Counted from the first letter of the stretch, positions 19,934 to 31,975 are shown. The stretch is 57,080 nucleotides of DNA from Crenothrix polyspora (GCA_945902915.1 CAMDNJ010000001.1:1-57080), one strand, 5' to 3'. A program made the numbers and translations. The notes: generated by a model not told the origin, from the sequence alone.

Positions 19934-21289
19934 ATGTTTGATAATTTAACCGATCGATTAAGTCTTACACTTAAAAAACTCAAGGGTCAGGGGCGTCTGA
20001 CTGAAGATAATATCAAGGAAACGTTGCACGAAGTGCGGACGGCTTTACTTGAAGCTGATGTGTCCTTGCCTGTTGTTACGGACTTTATTGAGCGTGTCAA
20101 GACAGGTGCTTTAGGCCAAGACGTGCAAGCGAGTCTGTCACCAGGTCAGTCTATGATCAAAGTGGTTCAGGCTGAATTAGTTAAGGTGATGGGTGAGGCT
20201 AATGAAGCGCTTAATCTGAGAGCAGTGCCCCCGGCTATTATCTTAATGGCCGGTTTACAGGGTGCTGGTAAAACGACTTCAGTGGCTAAGTTAGGTCGTT
20301 GGCTGCAAGAAAATCAAAAGAAAAAAGTAGGTGTGGTCAGTACTGACGTTTATCGACCTGCGGCCATTAAGCAATTGCAAATGTTGGCCAATGAAGTGTC
20401 CTTGGATTTCTTTGAGAGTGATATCACTCAGCAGCCGATTGATATAGCACTTAATGCTATTGATGCCGCTAAAAGAAAGTTTTTAGATGTCATTATTATC
20501 GATACTGCCGGTCGTCTGCATATTGATGATGAAATGATGGGCGAAATTAAAGCGCTGCATGCGGCGATTAATCCTATCGAAACCTTATTTGTGGTTGATA
20601 GTATGACCGGGCAAGATGCCGCGATTACTGCAAAAGCCTTTAATGACGCACTGCCGTTAACAGGGGTTATTTTAACTAAAGCCGATGGTGATGCACGAGG
20701 TGGTGCGGCATTATCTATACGTCATGTCACCGGCAAGCCTATTAAGTTTATAGGTGTTGGTGAAAAGACCGATGCTTTAGAACCTTTTTATCCTGAGCGT
20801 ATTGCTTCCCGTATTTTAGGTATGGGCGATATGCTAAGTCTTATCGAAGAGATTGAGCAAAAAGTTGATAAGGAAAAAGCAGAAAGGCTGGTTAAGAAGA
20901 TTCAGAAAGGTCAAGGATTTAATCTGGAAGATTTTCGTGAGCAGTTGCAAGAAATGCAGCGCATGGGTGGCGTCGGTTCTATGCTAGAAAAGTTGCCAGG
21001 CATGAATGCCGTGCCTTCTGAAATGAAAGCTCAAATTAACGATAAAATGCTGGCTAGGCAGATTGCGGTTATTAGCTCAATGACCATGCAAGAGCGACGA
21101 TATCCTGATTTGATCAAAGGCAATCGTAAAAAACGTATTGCTGCTGGTTGCGGTCAAGAGTTGCATGATGTTAATCGCATGTTAAAGCAATTCTTGATGA
21201 TGCAAAAAATGATGAAGAAATTTAAAGCTGGCAATGTAGCCAATATGGTACGTGGTATAAAAAATAATGTTCGTGGTATGAAGCGTTAA
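19934..21289 (+). CDS. ffh: Signal recognition particle protein
   Basis: GLQGAGKTT, DTAGR, TKADGDARGG, Met-rich M domain. Confidence 0.98.
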   Translation: MFDNLTDRLSLTLKKLKGQGRLTEDNIKETLHEVRTALLEADVSLPVVTDFIERVKTGALGQDVQASLSPGQSMIKVVQAELVKVMGEANEALNLRAVPPAIILMAGLQGAGKTTSVAKLGRWLQENQKKKVGVVSTDVYRPAAIKQLQMLANEVSLDFFESDITQQPIDIALNAIDAAKRKFLDVIIIDTAGRLHIDDEMMGEIKALHAAINPIETLFVVDSMTGQDAAITAKAFNDALPLTGVILTKADGDARGGAALSIRHVTGKPIKFIGVGEKTDALEPFYPERIASRILGMGDMLSLIEEIEQKVDKEKAERLVKKIQKGQGFNLEDFREQLQEMQRMGGVGSMLEKLPGMNAVPSEMKAQINDKMLARQIAVISSMTMQERRYPDLIKGNRKKRIAAGCGQELHDVNRMLKQFLMMQKMMKKFKAGNVANMVRGIKNNVRGMKR

Positions 21290-21422
21290 CTATATATTTT
21301 TAATGATAATTAGCTTGTAACTTGGCTCTGTTTTTGTTTTTTTCTAATTTGTACTTCACTTAAAGAAAAAATCGCGTAGAATAGGCCGATTAATAATGAC
21401 CCAATGTTTTTAAGGAACTTAG

Positions 21423-21674
21423 ATGGTAACTATTCGTCTTTCAAGAGGCGGCGCGAAGAATCGCCCTTTCTATCACGTAGTTGTAACCGATAGCAGAAGC
21501 GGCCGTGATGGTCGTTATATTGAACGAATTGGATTTTTCAATCCACTTGCTCGTGGTAATGAAGAAACACTACGTTTAGATTGTGCACGAGTTGATTATT
21601 GGAAAGCCAATGGCGCCCAACCTTCTGAACGCGTTGCTAAATTGATTAAAGACGCTCTTAAGGCTGCTGCCTAA
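21423..21674 (+). CDS. rpsP: 30S ribosomal protein S16
   Basis: [17 protein letters not shown]...RDGRYIE. Confidence 0.98.
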   Translation: MVTIRLSRGGAKNRPFYHVVVTDSRSGRDGRYIERIGFFNPLARGNEETLRLDCARVDYWKANGAQPSERVAKLIKDALKAAA

Positions 21675-21678
21675 GCTG

Positions 21679-22185
21679 TTGACTAAGCAAGCGCTAGTCA
21701 ACGTTGGAAAGATTTCCGGCGTTTTTGGTGTTAAAGGCTGGGTTAAAGTGTTTTCTTTTACCGATTTTAGAGAGAATATCTTAAGTTATTCTCCTTGGTT
21801 GTTAATGAAAGACGGTGAAAGCAAACACGTTAAAGTCATTGATGGCAAGCTACAAGGTAAAGTAGTGGTTGCACAGCTAGACGGTGTTAATGACAGAGAT
21901 TTGGCTGCTAGTTTTATGGGCTGGGATATTTTTATCACCCCTGAGCAATTGCCAAAATCAGCACAAGGTGAATATTACTGGTCTGACTTAATAGGTTTGC
22001 AGGTTGAAACCGATTTAGGTGTGTCATTAGGCATAGTTGATGGTTTACTAGAAACCGGTGCTAATGATGTCGTTATCGTCAAAGGAGAGCGGGAGCGGGT
22101 TATTCCGTTCTTACAAGGACAAACGATAAAAGCCATAGATCTTGATGCCGGCCGGATGATTGTCGATTGGGATCCTGATTTTTAA
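21679..22185 (+). CDS. rimM: Ribosome maturation factor RimM
   Basis: [31 protein letters not shown]; TTG start. Confidence 0.96.
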   Translation: MTKQALVNVGKISGVFGVKGWVKVFSFTDFRENILSYSPWLLMKDGESKHVKVIDGKLQGKVVVAQLDGVNDRDLAASFMGWDIFITPEQLPKSAQGEYYWSDLIGLQVETDLGVSLGIVDGLLETGANDVVIVKGERERVIPFLQGQTIKAIDLDAGRMIVDWDPDF

Positions 22186-22193
22186 GACTGATT

Positions 22194-22931
22194 ATGCGTT
22201 TTGATGTAGTCACTTTATTTCCAGACATGGTGAGCGCCGCAGCAAGTTATGGTGTAACCGGTCGAGCTATAGAGCGAAATATAGTTAGTTTGTCGGTATG
22301 GAATCCACGAGACTATACCCAAGACAGGCACCGCACGGTTGATGATAGGCCATACGGTGGTGGACCTGGAATGGTCATGAAATATCAGCCCTTGCATGAT
22401 GCTGTTGTAAGTGCAAAGCAAGCGGGTCATGGCAAGGCAAAAGTAGTTTATTTAAGTCCGCAAGGTAAACTAATTACTCAAGCCATGTTAGCGAAAGCCT
22501 GTGATATCTCTCAGCTAATTTTAGTTGCCGGTCGCTATGAAGGTGTTGATGAGCGTTTTGTCGACATGGACTGCGACGAAGAATGGTCTATTGGTGACTA
22601 TGTTATTAGTGGTGGCGAACTGGCGGCTTTGATAGTTATTGATGCTGTTACGCGCTTACTGCCTGGCGTATTAGGTGATGAGGCTTCGGCTCAGCAAGAC
22701 TCTCATGCCGATGGTTTGTTAGATTGTCCGCATTTTACTCGGCCAGAACAGCTAGAAGGTTATGTAGTACCAGAGGTTTTACTGGGTGGTAATCATGCCG
22801 ATATAGACCGATGGCGCATGAAACAGATGGTCGGCAGAACCTGGCAAAGACGGCCAGATTTATTACAAAAAAAGAATTTAAGTGCAGAGCAGGAACATCT
22901 GCTGCAACAATTTAAAAGTGAAGTTGAATAG
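22194..22931 (+). CDS. trmD: tRNA (guanine37-N1)-methyltransferase
   Basis: [30 protein letters not shown]. Confidence 0.98.
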   Translation: MRFDVVTLFPDMVSAAASYGVTGRAIERNIVSLSVWNPRDYTQDRHRTVDDRPYGGGPGMVMKYQPLHDAVVSAKQAGHGKAKVVYLSPQGKLITQAMLAKACDISQLILVAGRYEGVDERFVDMDCDEEWSIGDYVISGGELAALIVIDAVTRLLPGVLGDEASAQQDSHADGLLDCPHFTRPEQLEGYVVPEVLLGGNHADIDRWRMKQMVGRTWQRRPDLLQKKNLSAEQEHLLQQFKSEVE

Positions 22932-22940
22932 GGTGTGGTT

Positions 22941-23282
22941 ATGAGCAATATTATTGAAGAGTTGGAAAGAGAACAGCTAAGACAAATTCCTGAATTTAAT
23001 CCAGGAGACACGGTTGTTGTTCAAGTTAAAGTAAAAGAAGGCGAGCGTGAACGTATTCAGGCTTTTGAAGGTATCGTGATTGCAAAACGTAATCGTGGTT
23101 TAAATTCTGCTTTCACCGTAAGAAAAATTTCTCATGGTACAGGTGTAGAGCGTGTTTTTCAAACTCATAGCCCTATTATTAGTGAGATTACTGTTAAGCG
23201 TCGCGGCGCTGTTCGTAGAGCTAAATTGTATTACTTACGTGACTTGACAGGTAAGGCTGCTCGTATTAAAGAAAAGCTATAA
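22941..23282 (+). CDS. rplS: 50S ribosomal protein L19
   Basis: [24 protein letters not shown]. Confidence 0.98.
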   Translation: MSNIIEELEREQLRQIPEFNPGDTVVVQVKVKEGERERIQAFEGIVIAKRNRGLNSAFTVRKISHGTGVERVFQTHSPIISEITVKRRGAVRRAKLYYLRDLTGKAARIKEKL

Positions 23283-23305
23283 GGTTTCTTTATCGAGTTA
23301 AACTT

Positions 23306-23352
23306 AAAAAGGCAGTAGAGACAGGTCAAGACCTGTCTCTACTGCCTTTTTT
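23306..23352 (+). terminator. Intrinsic terminator containing a GTAG-type REP-like core
   Basis: aaaaaggcagtagagacaggtc-aa-gacctgtctctactgcctttttt, a perfect hairpin with T tract. Confidence 0.9.
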
Positions 23353-23555
23353 ATGCGCGTTTATTAATTCGTTAAGCTACAATCGCTGTACTATAAAAAG
23401 ATTCAAGTGCTACTATCAATAAGGCTAGCAACTTATGGCGTGTAGATACTAGGCTTATCTTTCGCCTTTCGCCCTTTGTCTGCGCTTAGGACAGCCCTGT
23501 CTAAAAGTGAACGATTAAGCTAAACTGTCCCGTTTTAAATTAGTAGCCATCAATA

Positions 23556-24053
23556 ATGAGCAAGCAAGAAAAATTCTTAACGATGACGGTGTTAATGACA
23601 CCCGACATGGCCAATTTCTCGGGACATGTGCATGGTGGTTCTTTACTAAAACTATTAGATCAAGTGGCTTATGCCTGCGCTGCAAAATATTGTAAAAGTT
23701 ATGTGGTGACAGCGGCGCTCGATCAAGTGTTTTTTAAACAGCAAGTCAATGTCGGTGAATTGGTCACCTTTGATGCACGTATCAATCATGTCGGTCGCTC
23801 TTCAATGGAAGTTGAAGTCCGAGTGGTAGCCGAACATTTAAGAACGCAAGAAAAACGCCATACTACTTCTTGTTTTTTTACCATGGTGGCCATGGATGAG
23901 CAGGGAAAATCCATAGCGATCCCTAGTTTATTGCTAGAAACTGAGGCTGAAAAAAAGCGTTATCAAGAGGCCGAACAACGTAAGGTCTTACGCCAAGTTA
24001 GTTTAAATAAAGAACAAAAACTTAGTGTTCATTTATCAGAAGGTGAGTTTTAA
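23556..24053 (+). CDS. Hot-dog acyl-CoA thioesterase (YciA-like)
   Basis: PDMANFSGHVHGG, LDQVAY, GRSSMEV, FTMVA. Confidence 0.92.
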   Translation: MSKQEKFLTMTVLMTPDMANFSGHVHGGSLLKLLDQVAYACAAKYCKSYVVTAALDQVFFKQQVNVGELVTFDARINHVGRSSMEVEVRVVAEHLRTQEKRHTTSCFFTMVAMDEQGKSIAIPSLLLETEAEKKRYQEAEQRKVLRQVSLNKEQKLSVHLSEGEF

Positions 24054-26285
24054 ATGGGACTGCAAGAAAACTTCGAACAACTACCTTTAAAGGAGTTTGC
24101 TGAAAAAGCGTATCTGGATTATTCCATGTATGTGATACTCGATAGAGCTCTGCCACATATTGCTGATGGTTTAAAGCCCGTACAGCGCCGTATCGTCTAT
24201 GCCATGTCAGAGTTAGGCTTAACCGCTTTAGCCAAGTATAAGAAATCGGCACGTACGGTCGGTGATGTCTTGGGTAAGTATCATCCTCATGGTGATTCTG
24301 CCTGTTATGAAGCCATGGTGTTAATGGCGCAGAACTTTTCTTATCGTTATCCTTTGGTTGATGGTCAAGGTAACTGGGGCTCACCTGATGACCCTAAGTC
24401 TTTCGCAGCCATGCGCTACACCGAATCTCGGTTAACCGCTTATGCTCACACCTTACTGAGTGAATTAGGGCAGGGCACCGTTGAGTGGGCCGATAATTTT
24501 GATGCCACTTTAAAAGAGCCGATCTTAATGCCGGCCAGATTGCCCAATATTCTGCTGAATGGCACGATGGGTATTGCCGTCGGTATGGCGACCGATATTC
24601 CTCCGCATAATTTGCGGGAAGTCGCTAGTGCTTGTATACAATTATTGGATGAGCCAGACAGTACCTTAGAAACCTTATTCAATTTTATCAAAGGCCCTGA
24701 TTATCCAACCGATGCAGAAATCATCACCTCTGCTGAAGATATACAAAAAATGTATTTAACCGGTGGCGGCTCCATAAAAATGCGTGCTATCTATGAAGCT
24801 GAAGATGGCAATATCGTCATTACCGCCTTGCCACATCAAGTTTCTGGCTCTAAGTTAATGGAACAAATCGCCGCACAAATGCTGGCGAAAAAACTACCCA
24901 TGATTGAAGATCTACGAGATGAATCAGATCATGAAAATCCTACGCGCTTATTAATCATACCTAAATCTAAACGCATTGATGTCGATGCGGTGATGTCGCA
25001 TTTATTTACCACGACTGACTTAGAAAAAAGCTATCGCGTTAATATGAACATGATAGGCATGGATGGCAAGCCTAAGGTCAAAGGCCTGAAAGATATCCTA
25101 GTCGAATGGTTAGCGTTTAGGACGGAAACCGTAAGGCGACGTTTGCAATATCGCTTAGATAAAGTCTTAGCACGCTTGCATATCTTAGATGGCTTACTCA
25201 TCGCTTATTTAAATATCGATGAAGTGATTGCCATTATTCGTAATGAAGACCATCCGAAGCCGGTTTTAATGCAACGCTTTGCTTTGACTGATCTGCAAGC
25301 CGAATCCATCTTGGATTTAAAGTTGCGGCATCTGGCAAAATTAGAAGAAATGAAAATTCGAGGTGAACAAGACGCCTTAGAAAAAGAACGAGCGGGTCTT
25401 GAAAAAACTTTAGCTTCACGTTTATTACTAAATCGCTTGATCCGCAAAGAAATTGAACATGATGCCGAGCAATATGGTGATGATCGACGTTCACCTATCG
25501 TATCCCGAGTCGCAGCCTTAGCCTTAGATACCACCGCTTTAATTAGTAATGAGCCACTGACGATCATCTTGTCAGAAAAAGGCTGGATACGCGCAGCTAA
25601 AGGCCATGATATTGATGTAGAAAGCCTAAATTATCGTTCAGGTGATAGCTTCTTAGATGCGGTTAAAGGCCGCTCTACTCAGGCTATTTATTTGTTGGAT
25701 TCAACGGGGCGTGCTTATAGTACCTCAGCGCATGACTTACCTTCTGCACGTAGCCAAGGCGAACCTTTAACGGGACGACTTAATCCACCTGCAGGCGCTT
25801 TATTTACGCATTTATTAACCGGCAATCCAGATGATTGGTATGTAGTCGCTAGTCATTACGGCTATGGCTTTAGAGTGCAATTAAAAGAACTGTTCAGCAA
25901 AAATAAAGCCGGAAAGACTTTGCTTAACTTATCAGCCGGCGCTCAGGTGCTTAAGCCAGCAGCCATTACTGAGGACTCTGATTTATTGGCGGTGGTGACT
26001 TTACAAGGCCGTTTATTAATATTCCCCGTTTCTGATTTACCGGCCTTAGCGAAAGGCAAGGGCAATAAACTCATACAAATACCGACAGCTGATCTAAACA
26101 GCGCCAAGGATTATGTGGTTGCAGCGCTGGTCATTGCAAAGCAAGGCTCGTTAAAAGTTGTGTCAGGTAAGCGCTTTTTAACCTTGAAAGGTGTGGATAT
26201 AGAACATTATCAAGGTGATAGAGCCAAGCGTGGCCTAGCGTTACCTAGAGGCTTTCAAAGGGTTGAGGGTTTGTTGAGTGAATAA
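24054..26285 (+). CDS. parC: DNA topoisomerase IV subunit A
   Basis: [34 protein letters not shown]. Confidence 0.97.
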   Translation: MGLQENFEQLPLKEFAEKAYLDYSMYVILDRALPHIADGLKPVQRRIVYAMSELGLTALAKYKKSARTVGDVLGKYHPHGDSACYEAMVLMAQNFSYRYPLVDGQGNWGSPDDPKSFAAMRYTESRLTAYAHTLLSELGQGTVEWADNFDATLKEPILMPARLPNILLNGTMGIAVGMATDIPPHNLREVASACIQLLDEPDSTLETLFNFIKGPDYPTDAEIITSAEDIQKMYLTGGGSIKMRAIYEAEDGNIVITALPHQVSGSKLMEQIAAQMLAKKLPMIEDLRDESDHENPTRLLIIPKSKRIDVDAVMSHLFTTTDLEKSYRVNMNMIGMDGKPKVKGLKDILVEWLAFRTETVRRRLQYRLDKVLARLHILDGLLIAYLNIDEVIAIIRNEDHPKPVLMQRFALTDLQAESILDLKLRHLAKLEEMKIRGEQDALEKERAGLEKTLASRLLLNRLIRKEIEHDAEQYGDDRRSPIVSRVAALALDTTALISNEPLTIILSEKGWIRAAKGHDIDVESLNYRSGDSFLDAVKGRSTQAIYLLDSTGRAYSTSAHDLPSARSQGEPLTGRLNPPAGALFTHLLTGNPDDWYVVASHYGYGFRVQLKELFSKNKAGKTLLNLSAGAQVLKPAAITEDSDLLAVVTLQGRLLIFPVSDLPALAKGKGNKLIQIPTADLNSAKDYVVAALVIAKQGSLKVVSGKRFLTLKGVDIEHYQGDRAKRGLALPRGFQRVEGLLSE

Positions 26286-26402
26286 TAGCATTCTGGGGAA
26301 TACTATATACTTTAGCCTAGCAAATCTTCAGTATAGCTAATATGGATAAGTATTTCAGGGTGCAGAGCCTCTATGCCAAGGCGCTTGAATGAGCTTTAAC
26401 TA

Positions 26403-26446
26403 AACTTCCATGCAGGCAGAAAATTAAGTCTGCCTGCCTGGAGCTT
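26403..26446. terminator. Probable terminator hairpin between convergent parC and the Fn3-like gene
   Basis: tccatgcaggcaga ... tctgcctgcctgga, imperfect inverted repeat. Confidence 0.55.
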
Positions 26447-26464
26447 AGCTTAACGGTTCATTAA

Positions 26465-27097
26465 TTAAGGCACCATCTTTTCAACGGGATCAGAGAAGTT
26501 GTAGATACCCATTTTATTGGCCTCACTGCTCATAGCCGCTGCTTTAAACTCATATTTAATTTCGCTTTTTAGCTGTGTTAGCGTACCTTTTGAGCTTGAC
26601 CATTGTTTGTTATACCACTCATTATTGTCCGCAGGCGCGGGTACTGGGCTGTACAGTATGATATAGCCGGAGGCATTGGGGATAACGCTGCATTCAATAT
26701 GAATTTCACCGGGATTATTGCCATAAGTAACGGTTATAGTCGGCGCAGCTAATATTCCGATGGGTTCAGGGATTTTTGATAAAGGAAAACCTGAGCTTTC
26801 TAGCTTAACTAAATCGGCTTCTGCCGTTAAATTAACATAAGAGCCTAGGATAGAAAGAGCGTTCTCTAAGTTTAAGCGACAGGCATTTTTATAGGCTGTG
26901 TCTTGTTTACTGCCATCTTTAGCTTTTAGCAAGGCGTCTGCGTAAGTGCTTATAGTTTGTTGAACTGAGATTAAGGTAGGCGTCGGTTGACTAAAGTGGG
27001 CATTAATAGTCATTTTGTTAACAATATTTTGGGCGACATTGGCGATTTCATGATCTTTAACTTTAGCAAAACTGATGAGTGCTTTTTGTGTTTTCAT
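26465..27097 (-). CDS. Hypothetical protein: helical N-domain plus Fn3-like C-domain
   Basis: Helical N half (PTPTL...YVN...SSGF), then beta-rich GEIHI...GYII.Y...LTQLKS..KYEFKAAA...FSDPV; no signal peptide. Confidence 0.75.
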   Translation of the reverse strand: MKTQKALISFAKVKDHEIANVAQNIVNKMTINAHFSQPTPTLISVQQTISTYADALLKAKDGSKQDTAYKNACRLNLENALSILGSYVNLTAEADLVKLESSGFPLSKIPEPIGILAAPTITVTYGNNPGEIHIECSVIPNASGYIILYSPVPAPADNNEWYNKQWSSSKGTLTQLKSEIKYEFKAAAMSSEANKMGIYNFSDPVEKMVP

Positions 27098-27478
27098 ATA
27101 ATTTCTGCCTTGCTCGTGAGACGAGCCTGAAAAGTTTTCAATAATGTCTAAGCATAAGCGCTAGGTCAGTTGCTTAGGTTTGATAAGGTAAGATCTAACT
27201 TAATTTATGGCGTTACTTAGTGCTTGCTTGCCATAAGTCCTGCTTATAGACGCTTCAGAAGCGATGATATCAGTGTTGTTTAAGGTTTACTGGATAGCAG
27301 ATAGACCCTTATCGGTAGGGGGTCGTCACTAGGCTACGAGTTATCATACCTGTATTATCGGGTAGCGTCTATACTCTATCGCAGATAATACCTTAAATGC
27401 TCCAGAACAAACCTATAGTGGCTATGGCGTTGATCTACGATGCTGGCCTTAGTCGTCTTCACTAGTCGATATGGCGTA

Positions 27479-27646
27479 ATCCATAGCAGATTAGTTTCAA
27501 CCGGTAGCAGGTTAGATGCGACCGACAGCAAGCTGTATTCAATCGATAGTAGAGTAGTCAGCATCGACAATAAAGCACGTTCTATCCACAGCAACATAAA
27601 CACTATCTGCTGTGACCTAGCATTGATCTAGTAGAGATAGTTATGT
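27479..27646. repeat. Degenerate 21-bp tandem array (8 units)
   Basis: Units start with ATC/ACC at 27479, 27500, 27521, 27542, 27563, 27584, 27605 and 27626. Confidence 0.75.
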
Positions 27647-27866
27647 GTCTCTAGCCTAGTCGTCTTACATTAAGCCTTAGTGGTTTGATAATGTTGTTAT
27701 ATCAGAGAGTTTTGGTCTTTAGTACATCGTTTCTAAGCATTTACTTGCGATAGTTACTACAAAGCTATTGGCGTAAATAAGAGGTGCAATTTTATCTTTT
27801 GACAACAAAGCTGATATAGCTCAATTTGTAGCTTAAGCAGTGCTATTAAAAGCTTCAATTTCTGTG

Positions 27867-27887
27867 AATGTGTCAGGTTTTTTTACA
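27867..27887 (+). promoter_or_regulatory. Putative PEP-CTERM-box enhancer, copy 1
   Basis: AATGTGTCAGGTTTTTTTACA; TGT-N11-ACA core ending TTTACA. Confidence 0.7.
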
Positions 27888-28004
27888 CTTTATTTCTGAC
27901 GTTTAGTTTTATGTTCATAGCTTAGCTAGGTGGTGCATGATCAAAGCTTAAGTCATGATCACGGGCAACATCAATTAGTTTCTTAAAAAGAGCTTTTATT
28001 GATC

Positions 28005-28025
28005 AATGTGTCAGGTTTTTTTACA
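28005..28025 (+). promoter_or_regulatory. Putative PEP-CTERM-box enhancer, copy 2
   Basis: Identical 21-mer, about 85 bp upstream of the sigma54 site. Confidence 0.75.
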
Positions 28026-28110
28026 TATTTTCGTTACTATCAGCTTTAAAGGCACTAGTGTCCTGTCTATTAGGGTCTTAACTTATTGTAATATTATAGA
28101 TAATTATTAA

Positions 28111-28126
28111 TGGCTTAAATTTTGCA
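28111..28126 (+). promoter_or_regulatory. Sigma54 -24/-12 promoter
   Basis: TGGCttaaatTTTGCA, with GG-N10-GC spacing. Confidence 0.75.
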
Positions 28127-28214
28127 TTTAAATGTGGTGTGCAGATTAGAGACGGCTATTTGTTAATGATGTGCAACAAGCTTTTTTAATGTTAATTGGA
28201 TAGGAGAGTTTGAA

Positions 28215-29027
28215 ATGAAAAATAATATTTTTAATTGGCTAGTCATAGGCACTTTAGTCGTGGTTAGTCAGCAAGTTTCCGCTAATATAGCGGGATGGAC
28301 GACTATCGGTACTTCGGGTGTATCCTCCGCGACTGATGGAGTAGTCACTATCCCCTCACCGTATACCAGTGTTAATTGGATATCTACTGCAGGTGGTATT
28401 CTGGGAAATAATGGCGGTTATGGTGGTACAAATGGCTCTACTGTGACCTCGAATGCCTTTGCTGTGACGTCAGCAGGATCTGCTCTGACCTTCGCCTTTA
28501 ATTTTGTGACTTCAGACGGTTTAGACACTAGAACTAATATTAACTATCCTGATTACGCTTGGGCTAATATATATAAGGCAGCTGATAATAGTCGGGTCGC
28601 TACCTTGTTTACAGCAACGACTAATCCTTCAGGAAATGCGGTGCCAGGTAATGGTGCATTCCTACCTAGTATCAGTGCCGCTATTAATCCTGCTACCTCC
28701 TGGTCGACTTCTACCGTTTGGTCACCCTTAGGTGCCTCTTCAGGTTTTTGTTCTGGTCAAGGTTGTGGCAATACCGGCTGGGTTAATGCTTTATATAACA
28801 TTATTAGTCCCGGCAGTTATTACCTAGAATTTGGTGTAGCTAATGCTGTAGATCAAGCTGGATATACGGGGCTAGCTTTTGTTGGCAGTATTGTTGAGGG
28901 TGATCCGAATCAAAATGTACCTGAGCCAACCACGATTGTTCTCATGGCCATAGGTTTAGCTGCACTGGCAGTTCGTCGTCGTAGCTTAATTAGTAGTGCT
29001 GATATGCCTGGCGTTTTAAGGCTTTAA
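28215..29027 (+). CDS. PEP-CTERM sorting-domain surface protein
   Basis: Signal peptide, Ser/Thr/Gly/Asn-rich body, VPEPTT-TM-RRR; AGGAGA RBS. Confidence 0.93.
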   Translation: MKNNIFNWLVIGTLVVVSQQVSANIAGWTTIGTSGVSSATDGVVTIPSPYTSVNWISTAGGILGNNGGYGGTNGSTVTSNAFAVTSAGSALTFAFNFVTSDGLDTRTNINYPDYAWANIYKAADNSRVATLFTATTNPSGNAVPGNGAFLPSISAAINPATSWSTSTVWSPLGASSGFCSGQGCGNTGWVNALYNIISPGSYYLEFGVANAVDQAGYTGLAFVGSIVEGDPNQNVPEPTTIVLMAIGLAALAVRRRSLISSADMPGVLRL

Positions 29028-29055
29028 ATAGTCTTAGCAATACCAGAAATAACTC

Positions 29056-29091
29056 AGCAGCTTTTAGTGGCATAGGCCACTAAAAGCTGCT
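29056..29091. terminator. Hairpin between convergent genes (likely bidirectional terminator)
   Basis: agcagcttttagtggc-atag-gccactaaaagctgct, perfect 16-bp stem. Confidence 0.8.
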
Positions 29092-29168
29092 AAAACGCTA
29101 TGGTTTGGCTTATAAAACTATTAAGGTGTTACGACTAGCTTAAGAGCTTAAGCTTTATAAGAACCTTA

Positions 29169-29750
29169 TTAACTAGCTTTACCTGCTTCAGTCGCAGCAA
29201 GTACTTCGATCAAACGGCCAGTAGTACATTCGTAGATATAACCATAAACAGGAATATCAGAAGGCACTAAGGCATGATTTTTAATACGTAACACATCTTC
29301 TAAAACACTTTCTTGTTGATCTTTAATGGTTAGCCAGTTGATGTATTTGCCTTCTGCAGAGCCATGGCCTTCACAGCTATCATGCCAGCCACTAGCATCG
29401 ATAGACGCTGTTTTTAGGCTGCTGTTTAATAAATCGCTCATGATGTCATTATTAAATAATTCCATGCCACAGTTAGTGTGGTGAATAACAAACCATTCTT
29501 TGGTACCTAATAATTTATAAGAAATCACCAGTGAACGGATAGCATCATCACTGGCGCGACCACCGGCATTACGAATAACGTGTGCATCACCTTCTGAAAG
29601 ACCTGCGTATTTTGCAGGATCTAAGCGAGCGTCCATACAGGTTAAAATAGCAAAATGTCTACCTGGAGGTAGAGGTAGTTCGCCTTTGACACCGAAATCA
29701 TTAACATAATCACGGTTGGCTGATAATACTTCATTTAAAATCTTGCTCAT
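29169..29750 (-). CDS. Beta-class carbonic anhydrase (clade D-like)
   Basis: [22 protein letters not shown]. Confidence 0.93.
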   Translation of the reverse strand: MSKILNEVLSANRDYVNDFGVKGELPLPPGRHFAILTCMDARLDPAKYAGLSEGDAHVIRNAGGRASDDAIRSLVISYKLLGTKEWFVIHHTNCGMELFNNDIMSDLLNSSLKTASIDASGWHDSCEGHGSAEGKYINWLTIKDQQESVLEDVLRIKNHALVPSDIPVYGYIYECTTGRLIEVLAATEAGKAS

Positions 29751-29927
29751 AAATACCTCTTAATTATTATTAGGTTATAAAAAGAACCGCTGTATCTTAC
29801 TGTTAACTGTTTGAACAAAATGCAGCAGTGTGCGCTACATTACAAAGTAAGCGCTTTGAAGTTTACCCTAAAAAAGGGATGAGACAACTAGTATTTGAGT
29901 TTATAAAATATGAGAAAAATAACTCAA

Positions 29928-30022
29928 AGCGTGACGGGGTTTATAAGCTCGTTACTCATGTTTCGAAGTTATCGAAGTATCTAAAGGTTTCGGTCGGGGT
30001 TGCAAACCCCGACCGGCATTGC
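29928..30022. repeat. REPIN-like doublet, family B
   Basis: Aligns with 6040-6142; cggtcggggttgcaaaccccgaccggcat. Confidence 0.85.
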
Positions 30023-30068
30023 TACTTGGGCGCTTTAAGTAACTTATAGCGCCGAAATTAGTTGGCTG

Positions 30069-31520
<1,452 letters not shown>

Positions 31521-31572
31521 TCAATGGATGTGTGAATAGAATTAAGGTAAGGCTCAATAATAAACACTCTTT

Positions 31573-31610
31573 TATAGGATGTGCTGAACGACAGTGAAGC
31601 GCATCATTCA
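31573..31610. repeat. Half copy of REP family A fused to the MITE-like element
   Basis: tataggatgtgctgaacgacagtgaagcgcatcattca. Confidence 0.7.
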
Positions 31611-31917
31611 GTGGTTTATAAAAAAACAAATAATGAGGTCGCTATCGCGACGGTTGTTTGAATCGGGTTATCGCACCCGAGGGCGAGATACTTTCTTTTG
31701 CGCCGCCAAAAGAAAGTATCCAAAGAAAAGGCGGCTCGATTGCAGCTAGCTCCTACGCTCCTCGGTTTTGTCGGGGGTCGGTAGAGAGGGCGTCCTGCCC
31801 TCCTACCGCCTCGCGGCATCCATGCCGCGACCCTTTGGGCTAATCCCAACAAAACCTGCGGTGCTCGGCGCGGCAAACGAGAGTATAGTGACCTTACTGC
31901 GTAATGTTAGTTAGTAA
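31605..31917 (+). mobile_element. ~320-bp MITE-like dispersed element, copy 1 (left end replaced)
   Basis: High identity to the reverse complement of 37262-37590; right end ctgcgtaatgttagttagtaa. Confidence 0.8.
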
Positions 31918-31975
31918 CTTAGATGCTAAACTAAAGACTTACGGTATTCGACCGCCTTTTTAGAGTCACATCTCC

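Noticed and set aside
7021-26285. parE and parC 15 kb apart on opposite strands, with yacG between
   Set aside because: Separation of parE and parC is common, and yacG is in its usual coaE-zapD context.
27479-27646. Possible CRISPR array
   Set aside because: No conserved repeat with unique spacers, period only 21 bp, no cas genes.
29828-30049. 73-aa ORF sharing VANP with the 5802-6143 ORF
   Set aside because: The shared residues are translated family B repeat.
31616-31876. ORFs 31616-31876, 31658-31843 and 37360-37566 (similar peptides)
   Set aside because: They lie wholly within the MITE-like repeat; the similarity reflects repeat DNA and the frames differ between copies.
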